Shown: positions 38,301-50,853 of the stretch, piece after piece
How positions within the stretch are numbered: position 1 is the stretch's first letter
Layout of the letters: each line of letters starts with the position of its first letter
Position numbers and translations under genes: made by a program
Source of the DNA: Octopus sinensis
Lineage: Eukaryota
Assembly (NCBI RefSeq): GCF_006345805.1
Contig: NC_043019.1
Coordinates: 16,057,360 to 16,121,359 of the forward strand
Direction: 5' to 3'
DNA: 64,000 nt
The notes under the pieces: generated by a model
Seen by the model: the letters and a program-made list of their open reading frames with translations, nothing else
Database searches by the model: none
What the model was told of the DNA's origin: nothing

Positions 38301-39179
38301 AAGGACAGAGCTGGCGACCTACTTTTGGGAATGAATCCATTGTTCTGCCAGATGTGGGTTGATTAATTAGCTCTGGGGAAACCCCCCGACCCTTTCAGGT
38401 GAATTAAGGTTCATTTGAAGGCTACCCCTTTAAATAAGCAGTTCAGTTTGTGAGAGGCAGTCGGCATTTGGGATTCAAGGCAAGCGGTCGGAGTTGGGAG
38501 CTTGTGAGAGAGTGAACAGTTGGGATTGTACAGCGAGTTAGAAATGGTTGTTCTGCTGTGACAGAGGAAGACAGGCAGAGAAGATTAAGGAACTGGGAGA
38601 GATTACGGCAAGGAGGCATTGGCTGTTGTACGGTATGTGTTTAATTGTATGTTGATATGTGAATTATGTAAAGAGACTATAACGAACTGTTACAGAAGTG
38701 AGTAAAGGACTTGTTTGATGTGTTAATGAATTAATGTGAAAAGAAATGAGACAGTAAAAAGACATTGTGAATTAAGGAAAGAAAAAAAATGTTGTTGAAT
38801 TGTATTGATAGGTGTTACAAAAAAAGAAGGAAAAAGGCAAGAAAAGAACTATGAACTGTATCGTTAATGTGTACGTTAATAGGACATTGATTTGTAACGT
38901 GAACTTATTTGTCTATGAACATTGTATAATGCATTGATTTGTTTGAGTCGACGTGTATATTGTATCTGCATGTTTAAATGCTTTGATTTGTTGTATACCT
39001 GTTTCTTGATTTGTTGTTTTCTTTAAATGCTGTTGATTCTGTTGCTTGTATCTACCTGATGTATCACATTGTATTTGTTGTAATAGCCATATAAACTAGT
39101 AGGTTAAATGTAAGCCGATTGCCTCTGTGTGTCTCTCTCTGTATCTCTTCCTGCTGCTGTTGTTGTTGTTGTTGTCTCT

Positions 39180-39346
39180 CTCCTCTCAGGGTTCCGGGGG
39201 GGGGGGGACACGCACCGCCCGCGTGCGATACAGGTATATATCGCGCATGCGCCAGTCAGCTCGTAGGATCGAGTATCGACCACCTACGTCTGGCTAGCGC
39301 GGACACGCGCCTGCGCAAACCGGTACCAGTCTACGATACTAGTACC
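39180..39346. mobile_element. Merlin-type terminus homologous to the arms of the palindromic elements
   Basis: CGCATGCGCCAGTCAGCTCGTAGGATCGAGTATCGA..CTACGTCTGGCTAGCGCG..CCGGTACCAGTCTACGATACTAGTACC aligns with 49380-49486. Confidence 0.7.
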
Positions 39347-39899
39347 CAGTTAAATATTAGCTGAGGACTAATTTTCTATGGTAATGTTTAAACAAAATTT
39401 TAATATTTTTACGGCCTTTCTCTTGTGCCTGTTTATCAGATGGAAACCCCAGGAGACAGGGCTTGAGAAGTGTTGGGGACAAAGCGGGCATGACTTATCC
39501 AGGGTGAAGTCCTCCTCCAATAGGTCATGGCATTGGTGACGGGACCCCCAGTGAGGCTAACAGGGAATTGGTTACTGCATAAGGTCCCTTACCAACAACA
39601 TGGTAGTGGACAATTCTTTCAACTTAACAAAATGTATTTCTAATGATCAGTGTTGTTTCAGTTTTATCAGCCACAGAATGCATGCCAAAACGGTCAAGTG
39701 TGGCCTGGTGCAGCTGCTCTCCAGTGGCTGTCAAACCCTCCAGCCCATGCCAGTATGGAAAAACAAACACTAACTGATGACGTATTTAAGTTCAGAAATA
39801 TGGTCGCTAAAGGAGAAATTGAAATCAAATTTGATGACTGGCATCCGTGCTAGTGGAGCACTAAGAGCACCATCTGAGGGTGATCGTTGCCAAAGCAGC

Positions 39900-40145
39900 T
39901 GACTGGCTTCAAAAAACACCATTTGAACGTGACCATTGCCAGTACCGCCTGACTGGCCCTCATGCCAGTGGCACTTAAAAGCACAAACTACACACTCAGA
40001 GTGGCTGGCATTAGGAAGGGCATCCAGCTGTAGAAACTGCCAGATCAGATTGGAGCCTGGTGCAGCCATCTGGTTTGCCAGTCCTCAGTCAAATCGTCCA
40101 ACCCATGCCAGCATGGAAAGTGGATGTTAAACGATGATGATGAAA
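39900..40145 (+). mobile_element. SINE, family 3, (GAT)n-tailed
   Basis: TTAGGAAGGGCATCCAGCTGTAGAAAC..CCAACCCATGCCAGCATGGA..GATGATGA. Confidence 0.7.
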
Positions 40146-40364
40146 AGAGATAATGAAAGATTAACAGATTCAATATACAGGGTTGGGCAAAAGTAGATAT
40201 ACAGATGCTTAATGAGCAGAATGTTCTTTTCATTTCTCTATTTCTTTTTTTTTTTTAGGGCTCTAACTAATTCTATATTCTTTCTAATTCTTTCAGAACA
40301 TAGATCATAAGATTCTTATCCTAAAAATGAAATGGAGAAACGAAAAGAACATTCCAGCCCTATT

Positions 40365-40565
40365 AACCTATTTCTTTACTACCCACAAGTGGCTAAGCAC
40401 AGAGGGGACATCGACCTCAGTGCATAACTGGTACTTATTTAATCGACCCCGAAAGGATGAAAGGCAAAGTCGACCTCGGTCGAATTTGAACTCAGAACAT
40501 AGCAGCAGATGAAATACCACTAAGCATTTCGCCCGGGGTGCTAACATTTCTGCCAGCTCACCCTT
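40365..40565 (-). mobile_element. SINE, family 2
   Basis: Family 2 core. Confidence 0.75.
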
Positions 40566-41689
40566 AAGCATTTAAACCAGCCGTATCTGGTCAAAACATT
40601 TTACTTGTTTTAAGTTGAAACCGGCCAGATTTGGTCTCTCACACCTATCCTCCAATGTCAGTCGAAAGAATATATGATCACATAATCGAAATCTTGAAGC
40701 TACAAGATAATTTCAGGATAAATTCAAAACAATATGAATAAAAAAAAAAGTATTACATTTGATAAAATAATCTGAATGCCGAAGGGTTAAACAACTGTAT
40801 ATCTACTTTTGCCCACCTCTTGTATTCACTAATCCAGCACTGACAGATCAATATTTGATGATAAAAAAAAACAACAATATTCTGGTCTTGTTAACAATAA
40901 CTAAGTACTGAAGTGAAGTTGAGGACACCAAAATATTTGAGAAGCTACCAACATTGGGGGTGGTTGTTGGCCACATAGCATTGTGGCCCACCCAACCCAA
41001 TCTAGTTCAACACCCAAGATATATAGGATTGGTCAAAAGTCAACCGAGAGTGAATCAAGACCCGTTTAATTCCAAGATTCAAACAAAAAAATTATTTTAT
41101 AAGTGACTTCACTTGGACAAATGTTGGGAAAAAAAAGAAAAAGAAAAAAGTGGTGATTTTAACTGAAAGCATTCAATTATTAAACATTCATAATTGGAAA
41201 TGAATAAAATTGAATATTAAGTATTTATGGAATTTTGATTTACTGTCGAGCGACTTTTGGCCAACCCTGGTTTCAAGTTTTGGTACAAGGCCAGCAATTT
41301 CGGTGGTGGGGTAATTGATTACATCAACCCCAGTGTCTAACTGGTACTTATTTTATCGAGTTTTCGAAGAATGAATGCCAAAAATCAAGCTCAAACTGTT
41401 TGGCCAGCTCCGGTCAAACCATCGGAACCCATGCCAGTATGGGTTACATTACTTTCTATATTCTGTAACTGTCGCAATATACTTTTCTAGGCCTGAGACT
41501 TTTGCGGGGAGGGAGAATTTGAACTCAGAACGTAAAAACAGACTGTCATAATATACAAACATTTCTCATGGCACCAGTACACCGTTTACAGATGCTTACA
41601 TTTTTTAGGTTTTCCGTGAATTTTTCACGGGTTCAGCTAGTAAATATAATTATAAAAATGGTTAAAAATTTTGGCATGGGGTCAGCAAT

Positions 41690-41875
41690 TTCAGGAGATG
41701 GGATAAATCAATTATAACGACCCTAATGTTCAACTGGTACTTACTTTATCGACCCTGAAAGGATGAATGGTAAAGTTGGCCCTGGCAGAATTTGAACCCA
41801 GAACGTAACAACAGATGAAATGCTGCTAAGCATTTTGTCTGACATGTTAACGATTCTGCCAGCTTGCTGCCTTAA
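41690..41875 (-). mobile_element. SINE, family 2 (diverged)
   Basis: Family 2 core. Confidence 0.65.
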
Positions 41876-41990
41876 AACCTGGGATATATTAACAGTCATA
41901 TTCCATCATGCAATGAACCACTTGGAATTTTGCAAACACCTGAATGACAACCAGGTTTAACTTTCTGCAATCTGCCGTCCTCAGGAGTCC

Positions 41991-42441
41991 ACAGTCAAGG
42001 AACTTGCAGTGACGACAAACACAGTCAGAGGTCTTGCAGTGACGACAAACACAGTCAGAGGTCTTGCAGTGACCACAAACACAGTCAGGGGTCCTGCAGT
42101 GACCACAAACACAGTCAGGGGTCTTGCAGTGACCACAAACACAGTCAGGGGTCTTGCAGTGACCACAAACACAGTCAGGGGTCTTGCAGTGACCACAAAC
42201 ACAGTCAGGGGTCCTGCAGTGACCACAAACACAGTCAGGGGTCTTGCAGTGACCACAAACACAGTCAGGGGTCTTGCAGTGACCACAAACACAGTCAGGG
42301 GTCTTGCAGTGACCACAGACACAGTCAGGGGTCTTGCAGTGACCACAAACACAGTCAGGGGTCTTGCAGTGACCACAAACACAGTCAGGGGTCTTGCAGT
42401 GACCACAAACACAGTCAGGGGTCTTGCAGTGACCACAAACA
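41991..42441. repeat. 30-bp minisatellite (~15 copies) in the MRI1 3' UTR region
   Basis: Unit GTCTTGCAGTGACCACAAACACAGTCAGGG; it begins 12 nt after the MRI1 stop codon. Confidence 0.95.
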
Positions 42442-42453
42442 CGAAAGAATTGG

Positions 42454-42608
42454 TTATTGTTTCAGCTTTTTTCTCTTTTGAGTTGTAAGTACCAATTCCA
42501 GTTCAGTTTCCAGCTGTGATGGCTTGAAAAGTCCAAATTCTGTTATGATGCCACCAGTAATCAGTTCAGATGGGGTTATATCAAAGGCAGGATTCCAGCA
42601 TGACATGT
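42454..42608 (-). CDS. MRI1: MRI1 exon 5 (last coding exon)
   Basis: Acceptor ttctgcag. Encodes (D)[29 protein letters not shown], which contains the conserved NPAFDxTP motif. Confidence 0.93.
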
Positions 42609-42834
42609 CTGCAGAAATGGTAAAAAAAAAATATTTATAAAAGGAGGGAAAATGTGAAAAACGTAAGCAACAAAGGTTTCAAATGATGTCACTTCAAATA
42701 TCAATCATGCTTCAAATTGGCTTCAAATATTTGGTACAAAGGCAGCAAATTCAAGGAAGAGGTTAAGCTGATTACAGCGACCCCCAGAGTTCAACCGGTA
42801 CTCATTTTATTGACAGTAAAAGGATAAACTTTAC

Positions 42835-43236
42835 CTTTGGGGGCAGTAGCAACCCCTTTGATGCTCGTCATCTCCTTGGAATTTCTCTCTTCAATGACGA
42901 TCTCTGCTCCAGATTTCAGTTCCATGTCACATGACGTGCTGGGTGCCGCTACATAGAACGGAACCCCATGGTACTTGGCAACAATGGCCAGCTGATAAGT
43001 TCCAATCTTGTTGGCCGTGTCTCCGTTGGCGACCACCCGGTCAGCTCCCACGACCACTGCGGCGATATTCTTCTCTTTCATCAACATTGCCACCATGCTG
43101 TCACAGACCAAAGTTCCAGGCATTTGTTCGTGTTTTATCTCGAAGGCTGTCAGGCGTGAGCCCTGGTTATAGGGACGCGTCTCGGTGCAGTAAACATGCT
43201 TCAACATTGTCTTCTTGTGCAAACTACGGATGACCC
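42835..43236 (-). CDS. MRI1: MRI1 exon 4
   Basis: [51 protein letters not shown]; AG/GT boundaries; phases consistent. Confidence 0.95.
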
Positions 43237-44330
43237 CTTAAAAAGAAGGAAAGAAAAATATGGTAGCTGTGTGGTGAAGGTGATGTGCAAATGACACCCC
43301 AAGGTCACAGGTTCAAATTATATAAACAGAAGTGTTTCTCTGGTATAATGTTTAGAATGTCTGATGTCTACAGAAGATGTGAATCAGAACTAACCCTTAA
43401 GTGAGCAACAATAAAGCAAGACATATTAAATAATGCAGTCTCCTAGATACAATGACACACTATGTTTAAATAAAAGACTGTGAAGACACATGGCTTAGTA
43501 GTTTGAGTATTCAGCTCATGACAGTAAAGGCACAAGTTCAATTCCTAGCAACACATTGTTTTCTTGAGCAAGACATTTTATTTCACATTGCTCCAGTCCA
43601 CTCAGCTGGCAAAAATGAATTGTACTTGTAATTCAAAGGGCCAGCCTTATCATATTGTCATATGCTGAATCTCCCCCAAGAACTGAATTAAGGGTACACG
43701 TGTCTGTGGTGTACTCAGCCACTGGCACATTAATCTACAGTATATCAGGGGGAACCAAGAGTTAAATGTCACCAAGGAAAAATCTTTTGGATAACGTAGT
43801 CCTAGATACACTATTCTTTTATTCTACTTAAGTCATTTGACTGCAGCCATGCTGGAGCACCTCCTAAAGGGTTTTTAGTCAGACAACTCGACCCCAGGAT
43901 TTATTTTTTCTTAAGCCTAGTACTTATTCTATCAGTCTCTTTTGTTGAACTGCTAGGTTACAGGAGTGTAAACACACCAGCATTAGTTATCAAACAATGG
44001 GGGAGGGGACAAACATAAATATATGATGGGCTTCTTTCAGTTTCCATCTACCATATCCAATCACAAGGCTTTGGTCAGCCCAAGGTGCCATGCAGTGGGA
44101 CCGAACCTGGAACCATGTGACTGAGAAGCAAGCTTCATACCACACAGCCACACCTGCACGTTTACCTACATTAAATAAAATACTCCTAGATAGACCATGT
44201 CTGAGTAAAAGACGGAATGGTCGCAGCTGAAACTGATCGCAAGTCAGTAGCGTAAATGTTCTTCAAGTTAAGCTGTAAAATAAGATAAAATAAAGGAAAG
44301 AATAAAAAGAGTAACCAACAAGATCCATAC

Positions 44331-44500
44331 CTAAAGCTGTACCATAACCAGCCGTGGCCAAAGAACCTGTGTTACAATGTGTGACCACAGACACTGGAAA
44401 GTTGTTGCTGTCTGCCAGGATCCTCTCAGCACCAATTCTGCCAATGTTTTTATTGTCGGTGATGTCTTTATCCAACATTTCTTCAATTTCAGCAGTGATC
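44331..44500 (-). CDS. MRI1: MRI1 exon 3
   Basis: [38 protein letters not shown]; AG/GT boundaries. Confidence 0.95.
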
Positions 44501-44560
44501 CTGTTAATATATATATATATATATATATATAAATAAGTGATAGAGATTTTTAAAAAATAA

Positions 44561-44945
44561 TAAGTGCAGGAGTGGCTGTGTGGTAAGTAGCTTGCTAACC
44601 AACCACATGGCTCCGGGTTCAGTCCCACTGTGTGGCATCTTGGGCAAGTGTCTTCTGCTATAGCCCCGGGCCGACCAATGCCTTGTGAGTGGATTTGGTA
44701 GACGGAAACTGAAAGAAGCCTGTCGTATATATGTGTGTGTGTGTGTTTGTGTGTCTGTGTTTGTCCCCCTAGCATTGCTTGACAACCAATGCTGGTGTGT
44801 TTACGTCCCCATCCCTTAGCGGTTCGGCAAAAGAGACCGATAGAATAAGTACTGGGCTTACAAAAGAATAAGTCCTGGGGTCGAGTTGCTCGATTAAAGG
44901 CGGTGCTCCAGCATGGCCGCAGTCAAATGACTGAAACAAGTAAAA
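44561..44945 (+). mobile_element. Near full-length SINE, family 1
   Basis: tRNA-like head GCAGGAGTGGCTGTGTGG..GGGTTCAGTCCC and tail GCAGTCAAATGACTGAAACAAGTAAAAG. Confidence 0.8.
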
Positions 44946-45446
44946 GAGTAAAGAGAGTAAGTGCTGGAGTTGATTTATTCAACAAAATAATTCAAGGATG
45001 TACCCCAGCATGGCCACAATCTAATGACTGAAATCAGTAAACAAAAATATATACACTGAAAACTGGGAATCTGAACTAGGTTCCAGTCTGATCTGGCAAT
45101 GTTTCTACGGCTGGATGCCCTTCCTAATGCCCACCATTGCAAGAGTGTAGTGGGTGTTATTTATGTGCCACTGACCCGATACCGACATCAGCCACAAAAG
45201 GTCTACACAAGCACAGCATATCACCAAAGGTCTCAGTCACTGCCTCCAAGAGGCCAAACACTCAATGGATGCTTTCTACATGCCGGTCGGATAGCACTGG
45301 CATCAGACATGACTATCATTTCACTTGGCTCTCGGCAGTTATTTGGCATGACTAGGTTTTTCAGAGGTACAACACACTAAAAATCCCCTGCATATTATAC
45401 TCTCAAGAGCGGACTATACTCGAGGATTTACGGTATGTATATATAT

Positions 45447-45815
45447 GTGGTTGTGTGGTAAGTAGCTTGCTAACCAACCACATAGTTCCAGGTACAGTCC
45501 CACTGCGTGGCATCTTGGGCAAGTGTCTTCTGCTATAGCCCCGGGCCAACCAATGCCTTGTGAGTGGATTTGGTAGACGGAAACTGAAAGAAGTCTGTCG
45601 TATATATGTATATATATATATGTATGTGTGTGTGTATATGTTTGTGTGTCAGTGTTTGTCCCCCTAGCATTGCTTGACAACCGATGCTGGTGTGTTTACG
45701 TCCCCATCACTTAGCGGTTCGGCAAAAGAGACCGATAGAATAAGTACTGGGGTCGATTTGCTCGACTAAAGGCGGTGCTCCAGCATGGCCGCAGTCAAAT
45801 GACTGAAACAAGTAA
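45447..45815 (+). mobile_element. SINE, family 1
   Basis: Near-identical to 44561. Confidence 0.8.
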
Positions 45816-45837
45816 AAGAGTAAAAGAGTAAAGAGAT

Positions 45838-46012
45838 ATATATAAAATATAAATTAGAGATAAAACCACTATTATGCAACTCAAACAGTGATACATAAAT
45901 ACCAATACATAAATAACAAGTAATATATATAAAATCTTTTTTTTTTTTGGTTTATATCTATCACTGTTTGAGTTGCATAATAGTGGTTTTATCTCTAATT
46001 TATATTTTATAT
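45838..46012. repeat. Inverted repeat with ~50-bp arms and ~70-bp spacer (MITE-like)
   Basis: AATTAGAGATAAAACCACTATTATGCAACTCAAACAGTGATA ... TATCACTGTTTGAGTTGCATAATAGTGGTTTTATCTCTAATT. Confidence 0.8.
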
Positions 46013-46090
46013 ATTCATATTGTGAAATTTGATTTAATACTAAATTGATTTTTTCCCTGTAAGTTTGGAGTTATACTCCCTAATATTATT

Positions 46091-46402
46091 GGTAAAATTA
46101 GATTAACATCCGCATGATTTTCACTAAGAAAAAAAAAAACTCGAATTTTTTGCGTGGAATCAAGTACTCTGACCTCCTAATATGCTGCAAATCCCATATT
46201 TTGGTTCGGAAGGATGGGGGTCTCTGTTTTTTTTGGTGTGTGAAAATTCTGTGAGCCCCCCCACCCCCACCCCACCTCCGGACCAAAATATGGGATTTGC
46301 AGCATATTAGGAGGTCAGGGTACTTCATTCCATGCAAAAAATCCGAGTTTTTTTTTTTTTTTCTTAGTGAGAATTGTGCGGGTGTTAATCTGTAATTTTA
46401 CC
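46091..46402. mobile_element. MITE with GG termini, ~135-bp TIRs and an 8-bp TSD (Merlin-like)
   Basis: ATATTATT|GGTAAAATTA ... TAATTTTACC|ATATTATC (7/8 TSD match). Confidence 0.7.
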
Positions 46403-46415
46403 ATATTATCATTTA

Positions 46416-46907
46416 TCTCTCTATATAAACGGCAGTTTGTCTGTCAGGTTGTACCCTCACCCTGACCACGGCTTTCAACCGATTCTGATGAAACTTGACA
46501 CACACATAGCCCAATGTCATAATTCAAAACTAACGCAGCGAAAATTTTGAAAAATTCCCCCTGTTCTGAAGAAAATCGATAAATTCGACATGGGGTCGAG
46601 AATCTAAGCTTTTTATTTGCAACACATTTTCTGCTGTAGTTTTCGCAACTTGCAATCGATTTTCACGAAACTCATGGTGAAGCTTAATGTTACCCTAAGA
46701 AACTTAATTCTGACGTTAGTTTTCCATGCAATACCTTACCATCAGAAAAAATCGATAAAATCATGCCATTTTGGGAAATCGCGTTCAAATTCAAGATGAC
46801 ATATTTTCGACAATATCTTTAACAAATTGGCAGGAATTTTTTTTTTAATTCACAGCGAGCATCATGTCTGCTCCAGGGGCTCTTACATACCCGGGCAATG
46901 CTGCTAG
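46416..46907 (+). mobile_element. Non-autonomous Helitron
   Basis: A|TCTCTCTATATAAACGGCAG ... CCCGGGCAATGCTGCTAG|T. The first ~170 bp are homologous to the 58616-58996 element. Confidence 0.75.
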
Positions 46908-46958
46908 TATATATATAAAACTATATGCACACACAGGGTCTTCTATGCATATACATAC

Positions 46959-47203
46959 CTGTCCATTACATCATGTACAGTGGTTGTTTTCTCTGATGCT
47001 GACAGTTGTTCTGCTAACAAAGACAGACGAGATGCCGCTTCCTTCATGTTCACAGCTGTTGGTCTGGCACTGACCAAATACTTCAGCCGATTCCCAATGA
47101 ATTCACTCAGTTTTTCTGTGGTTTGGAAACTGGCCTGGGAGTTGCTGAGCTCAACGGCCAGCGACAAGCAACCAGTGATAGCAATAGCCGGAGCTCCCCG
47201 CAC
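46959..47203 (-). CDS. MRI1: MRI1 exon 2
   Basis: VRGAPAIAITGCLSLAVEL..LKYLVSARPTAVNM; AG/GT boundaries. Confidence 0.95.
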
Positions 47204-47573
47204 CTACAGATAAAAAAAATCACAATGGGAATATATTAAACAATGAGAAGCTGTCATCTCCATGGCTGCTGTATGGTTAAGAAGTTTGCTTCCCAAAGAA
47301 AAATCTTTTGGAAAAGTTAAAAATTTGAAAATCGGGGGAGCGAGGAATTTCAAATTTTGGAAACGTGATTTTTTTTTTTTTTTTTGAACATTCGGAATCT
47401 CTGTCATCGAAAACTTAGGACCCCTTCTGAAAAAAAAAGCCCTCGGTTTTTGTGGCGGGGAGAGGAGGGATGAGTGTCGTACAGCTCCACTGAATCTTTT
47501 GCACTTCGTTCAAAATTTGGATCCTGTGCTTGCAGAAACTTCAGCTCACCACTTAAAGTAAGCTGAAAAATAA

Positions 47574-49486
47574 GGTACTTGTATCGCATTGTGGTCCCGG
47601 TTGCGCACACGCGGATTCGCGCGTGCGCGCTAGTCAGACGTAGGTACTCGATACTCGAGATCCTACGAGGTGACTTGCGCATGCGCTGTGTGCGATTCGC
47701 GCAAGCGCGTTACTCCCCCCCCCCCCCATATAATTTGTGAAACTTAATGAATTAATTTCTTCACACAAATGCATATAATTTTTGGGGTAAAATTACAGAG
47801 TAACACCCGCACGATTTTCACTAAAAAAACAAACAAAAAAAAACGGATTTTTTTTTATACCTTTCTGCTTTTTAAGACAATAAAGTGTTATTGGAGGGAA
47901 ATCTGGCTGCTATTTCTAGCTGCCTGAATGACAACATAGCGATTCCCTCGCGGATTTACAGATAAATGAATTAATTACTATTTTACAGAATAAAATTAAT
48001 GAATTAATTATATAAATTAAATAATTCTTGAAAATTAATTAATATTAATAATATTTTTTGAACAAAGTAAATAATTTATAAAACTTAAATAATAATTTTT
48101 TTTACACAAACGCGAACGTATATAATTTCTGAAACTTTTTTTTTTTACAGACGTATATAATTTGGTAAACTTAATGAATTAATTTCTTCACATCATCATC
48201 GTTTAACGTCCGTTCTCCATGCTAGCATGGGTTGGACGGTTCGACCGGGGATCTGGGAAGCCAGAAGGCTGCACCAGGCTCCAGTCTTATCTGGCAATGT
48301 TTCTACAGCTGGATGCCCTTCCTAACGCCAACCACTCCGAGAGTGTAGTGGGTGCTTTTTACATGCCACCCGCACAGGTGCCAGGCGAGGCTGGCAACGG
48401 CCACGGTCGGATTGGTGCATTTTACGTGCCACCGGCACGGAAGCCAGTCGAGGCGGCTCTGGCATCGGCCACGATTCGGATAGTGCTTTTTACGTACCAC
48501 CAGTTCAGGGGTCCTGGCATCTGCTGGGTGCCAGTCATAGGATTGGTTCAATTTCGATTTCACTTGCCCCAACATGTCTTCGCAAGCAAAGGGGGTTGGC
48601 ATGGGTGCCTGTCGTCGGATGAGGTTCGATATCGACTTCGCTTGCTAAACAGGTCTTTGTGTATAAATGTATAAATTTTCGCGCACTAAATTCTTTCCGT
48701 AGAATTTATCAAAAAACGCGCAAAATTATTCCGTAGAATTTATCAAATTAAAAAAAGCAAAATTAATATATTTTTTTAAATTGCAAATTATTTAGAATAT
48801 AAAACAAATGAAGTTAAGTTTTAAAAATAAATGTCATATACTTATACTCTGTAAGGTGCTGTGTTCACACTTCAATTTACTATTTTCTAGAAATGTTGCT
48901 TTTCTAATTGAAACCATTTTTCTCAAGCTCCATCTAAAAGTCCATGTCTCTTGAGCCAATTAATACTAATACTAATTCCAAATTATATACGTTCGCGTTT
49001 GTGTAAAAAAAATTATTATTTAAGTTTTATAAATTATTTACTTTGTTCAAAAAATATTATTAATATTAATTAATTTATATAATTAATTCATTAATTTTAT
49101 TCTGTAAAATAGTAATTAATTCATTTATCTGTAAATCCGCGAGGGAATCGCTATGTTGTCATTCAGGCAGCTAGAAATAGCAGCCAGATTTCCCTCCAAT
49201 AACACCTTATTGTCTTAAAAAGCAGAAAGGTATCTAAAAAAATCCGTTTTTTAGTGAAAATCGTGCGGGTGTTACTCTGTAATTTTACCCCAAAAATTAT
49301 ATACATTTGTGTGAAGAAATTAATTCATTAAGTTTCACAAATTATAGGGGAGGGGGGAAGCGCATGCGCGAATCACGCACAGCGCATGCGCAAGTCACCT
49401 CATAGGACCTCGAGTATCGAGTACCTATGTCTGGCTAGCGCGCACCCGCGTGTGCCCAACCGGGACCACTCTGCGATACAAGTACC
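47574..49486. mobile_element. Palindromic Merlin-type non-autonomous element A (asymmetric centre)
   Basis: 9-bp TSD GAAAAATAA on both sides; termini GGTACTTG..CAAGTACC. 47574-48128 mirrors 48983-49486. It contains a family 3 SINE at ~48191-48650. Confidence 0.85.
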
Positions 49487-49509
49487 GAAAAATAAAACTC
49501 GTAAATGCG

Positions 49510-49680
49510 AGGTAGTGCTGAAAAGTTCCCTCTAAGGGTCTACTTGAAGGCCTGGGTTGGAGGTCCGACTTTCCGAGTTCTTTCATAGGGCTTAGAAAAA
49601 CTGGAGAACCGCTGCAATAAGTGTGAATCTGAGAGGGGAATATGTTGAATAAAATCACAATATATCCTCCTGTATTTTAC
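49510..49680 (+). mobile_element. Mariner-derived non-autonomous fragment
   Basis: Homologous to 21516-21650 and 23165-23250. Confidence 0.55.
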
Positions 49681-49878
49681 CTTGGCGATCTTTCGTCTCT
49701 AGTAGACCTTTCCGTCGATTTCCGTAAAAAAAAATTTTTTTTTTTTTACATATGGGCTTGCGGGAACTTTTGAAGTAATGAGAGCGAAAGAGACTAAGAG
49801 GAAGCGATTTTATGACGAGGGAAGTTCTTTTGAAGCTATGAAAGCATTGATGTACATGTGTGTGTGTGTTTGATGGGG

Positions 49879-50128
49879 TGTGGGAGACAGAGAGTAATGT
49901 GTGAAAGAGAGAGATAACTGAAATTTTTTACTCGGTGTATGTGTATGTATGCATGTATGAGTGTGTGTGTATGTATCTATGTATGTGTGTGTGTATGTAT
50001 GTATGGCCGATTCAGTATACACTGAATCGGCCATACATACATACACACACACATACATAGATACATACACATACACCGAGTAAAAAATTTCAGTTATCTC
50101 TCTCTTTCACACATTACTCCCTGTCTCT
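49879..50128. repeat. Hairpin palindrome with ~110-135-bp arms and a 4-nt loop
   Basis: ..GGCCGATTCAGT-atac-ACTGAATCGGCC..; symmetry extends to GAGACAG..GTAATGTGTGAAAGAG / CTCTTTCACACATTAC..CTGTCTC. Confidence 0.9.
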
Positions 50129-50149
50129 TCACACACACTAACAGAAGCA

Positions 50150-50269
50150 CGTCGATCCTAGCAAAGTAAATGATTTTTTAAAACAAAGTAAATAAAGCGC
50201 AAAAACAAAGTAGGGGTCGGCTAGTCACCTCAGATGCGCGCATCGGGACCACTCTTCTTAGGTAGTACC
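50150..50269. mobile_element. Isolated Merlin-type terminus
   Basis: Reverse complement GGTACTACCTAAGAAGAGTGGTCCCGATGCGCGC. Confidence 0.6.
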
Positions 50270-50853
50270 CGCTAAAACTAACCCCCTAACAAGTGTGCAC
50301 TGTAAAAACATATTGTTGCGTAAATGCATCGGGATCTCTGTATTTAAGTAGTGCCAATAAAAATCCATTCTCACAATAAATGTTTTCATATTTTATATTA
50401 ACTGAAAATATATTGGTTTATGGATTTAAAAAGCAAGTTTAAGGGAGAGCAGGGGATAAAATGGATCAAGTGTTGCTTCGAGTGCTTTGTATAGAAACAT
50501 GGTTTTGTGTTGCGGCTAAAAGGTACACGTGGGGGTGCTGAAAAGTTACTGGCATTGGAAAAAAGGAAAGGTAAAAGGCAATCTTGAGACACCCTGTGGT
50601 TAGGGTTTTTGTTACGCCGAAAACCCGGTGGTGTGCGTATTCTTTACCTCTGCCTTTATCCCGCTAAGTCTTCTGAATTTCTAACTCTGGGTTCATTTTA
50701 CTGGATTATGAATATCAATTAAGAGTGCAAATAATTTCAAAGAATACAAAATGTTTACAAATATTGTAAACATTAACTGTAAAACACAGTTGAGCTAATT
50801 GTACTGTATGACTAACTGTGTAATTTGAAGATATACCGCAGTTTCCATATATA

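Noticed and set aside
41981-42488. Repetitive ORFs and a CRISPR-like regularity of the 30-bp repeat
   Set aside because: It is a pure tandem repeat with no unique spacers and no cas genes, in a eukaryotic context. It is not in frame with MRI1.
44561-44640. tRNA genes
   Set aside because: The tRNA-like boxes are SINE heads attached to repeated bodies; no full cloverleaf was seen.
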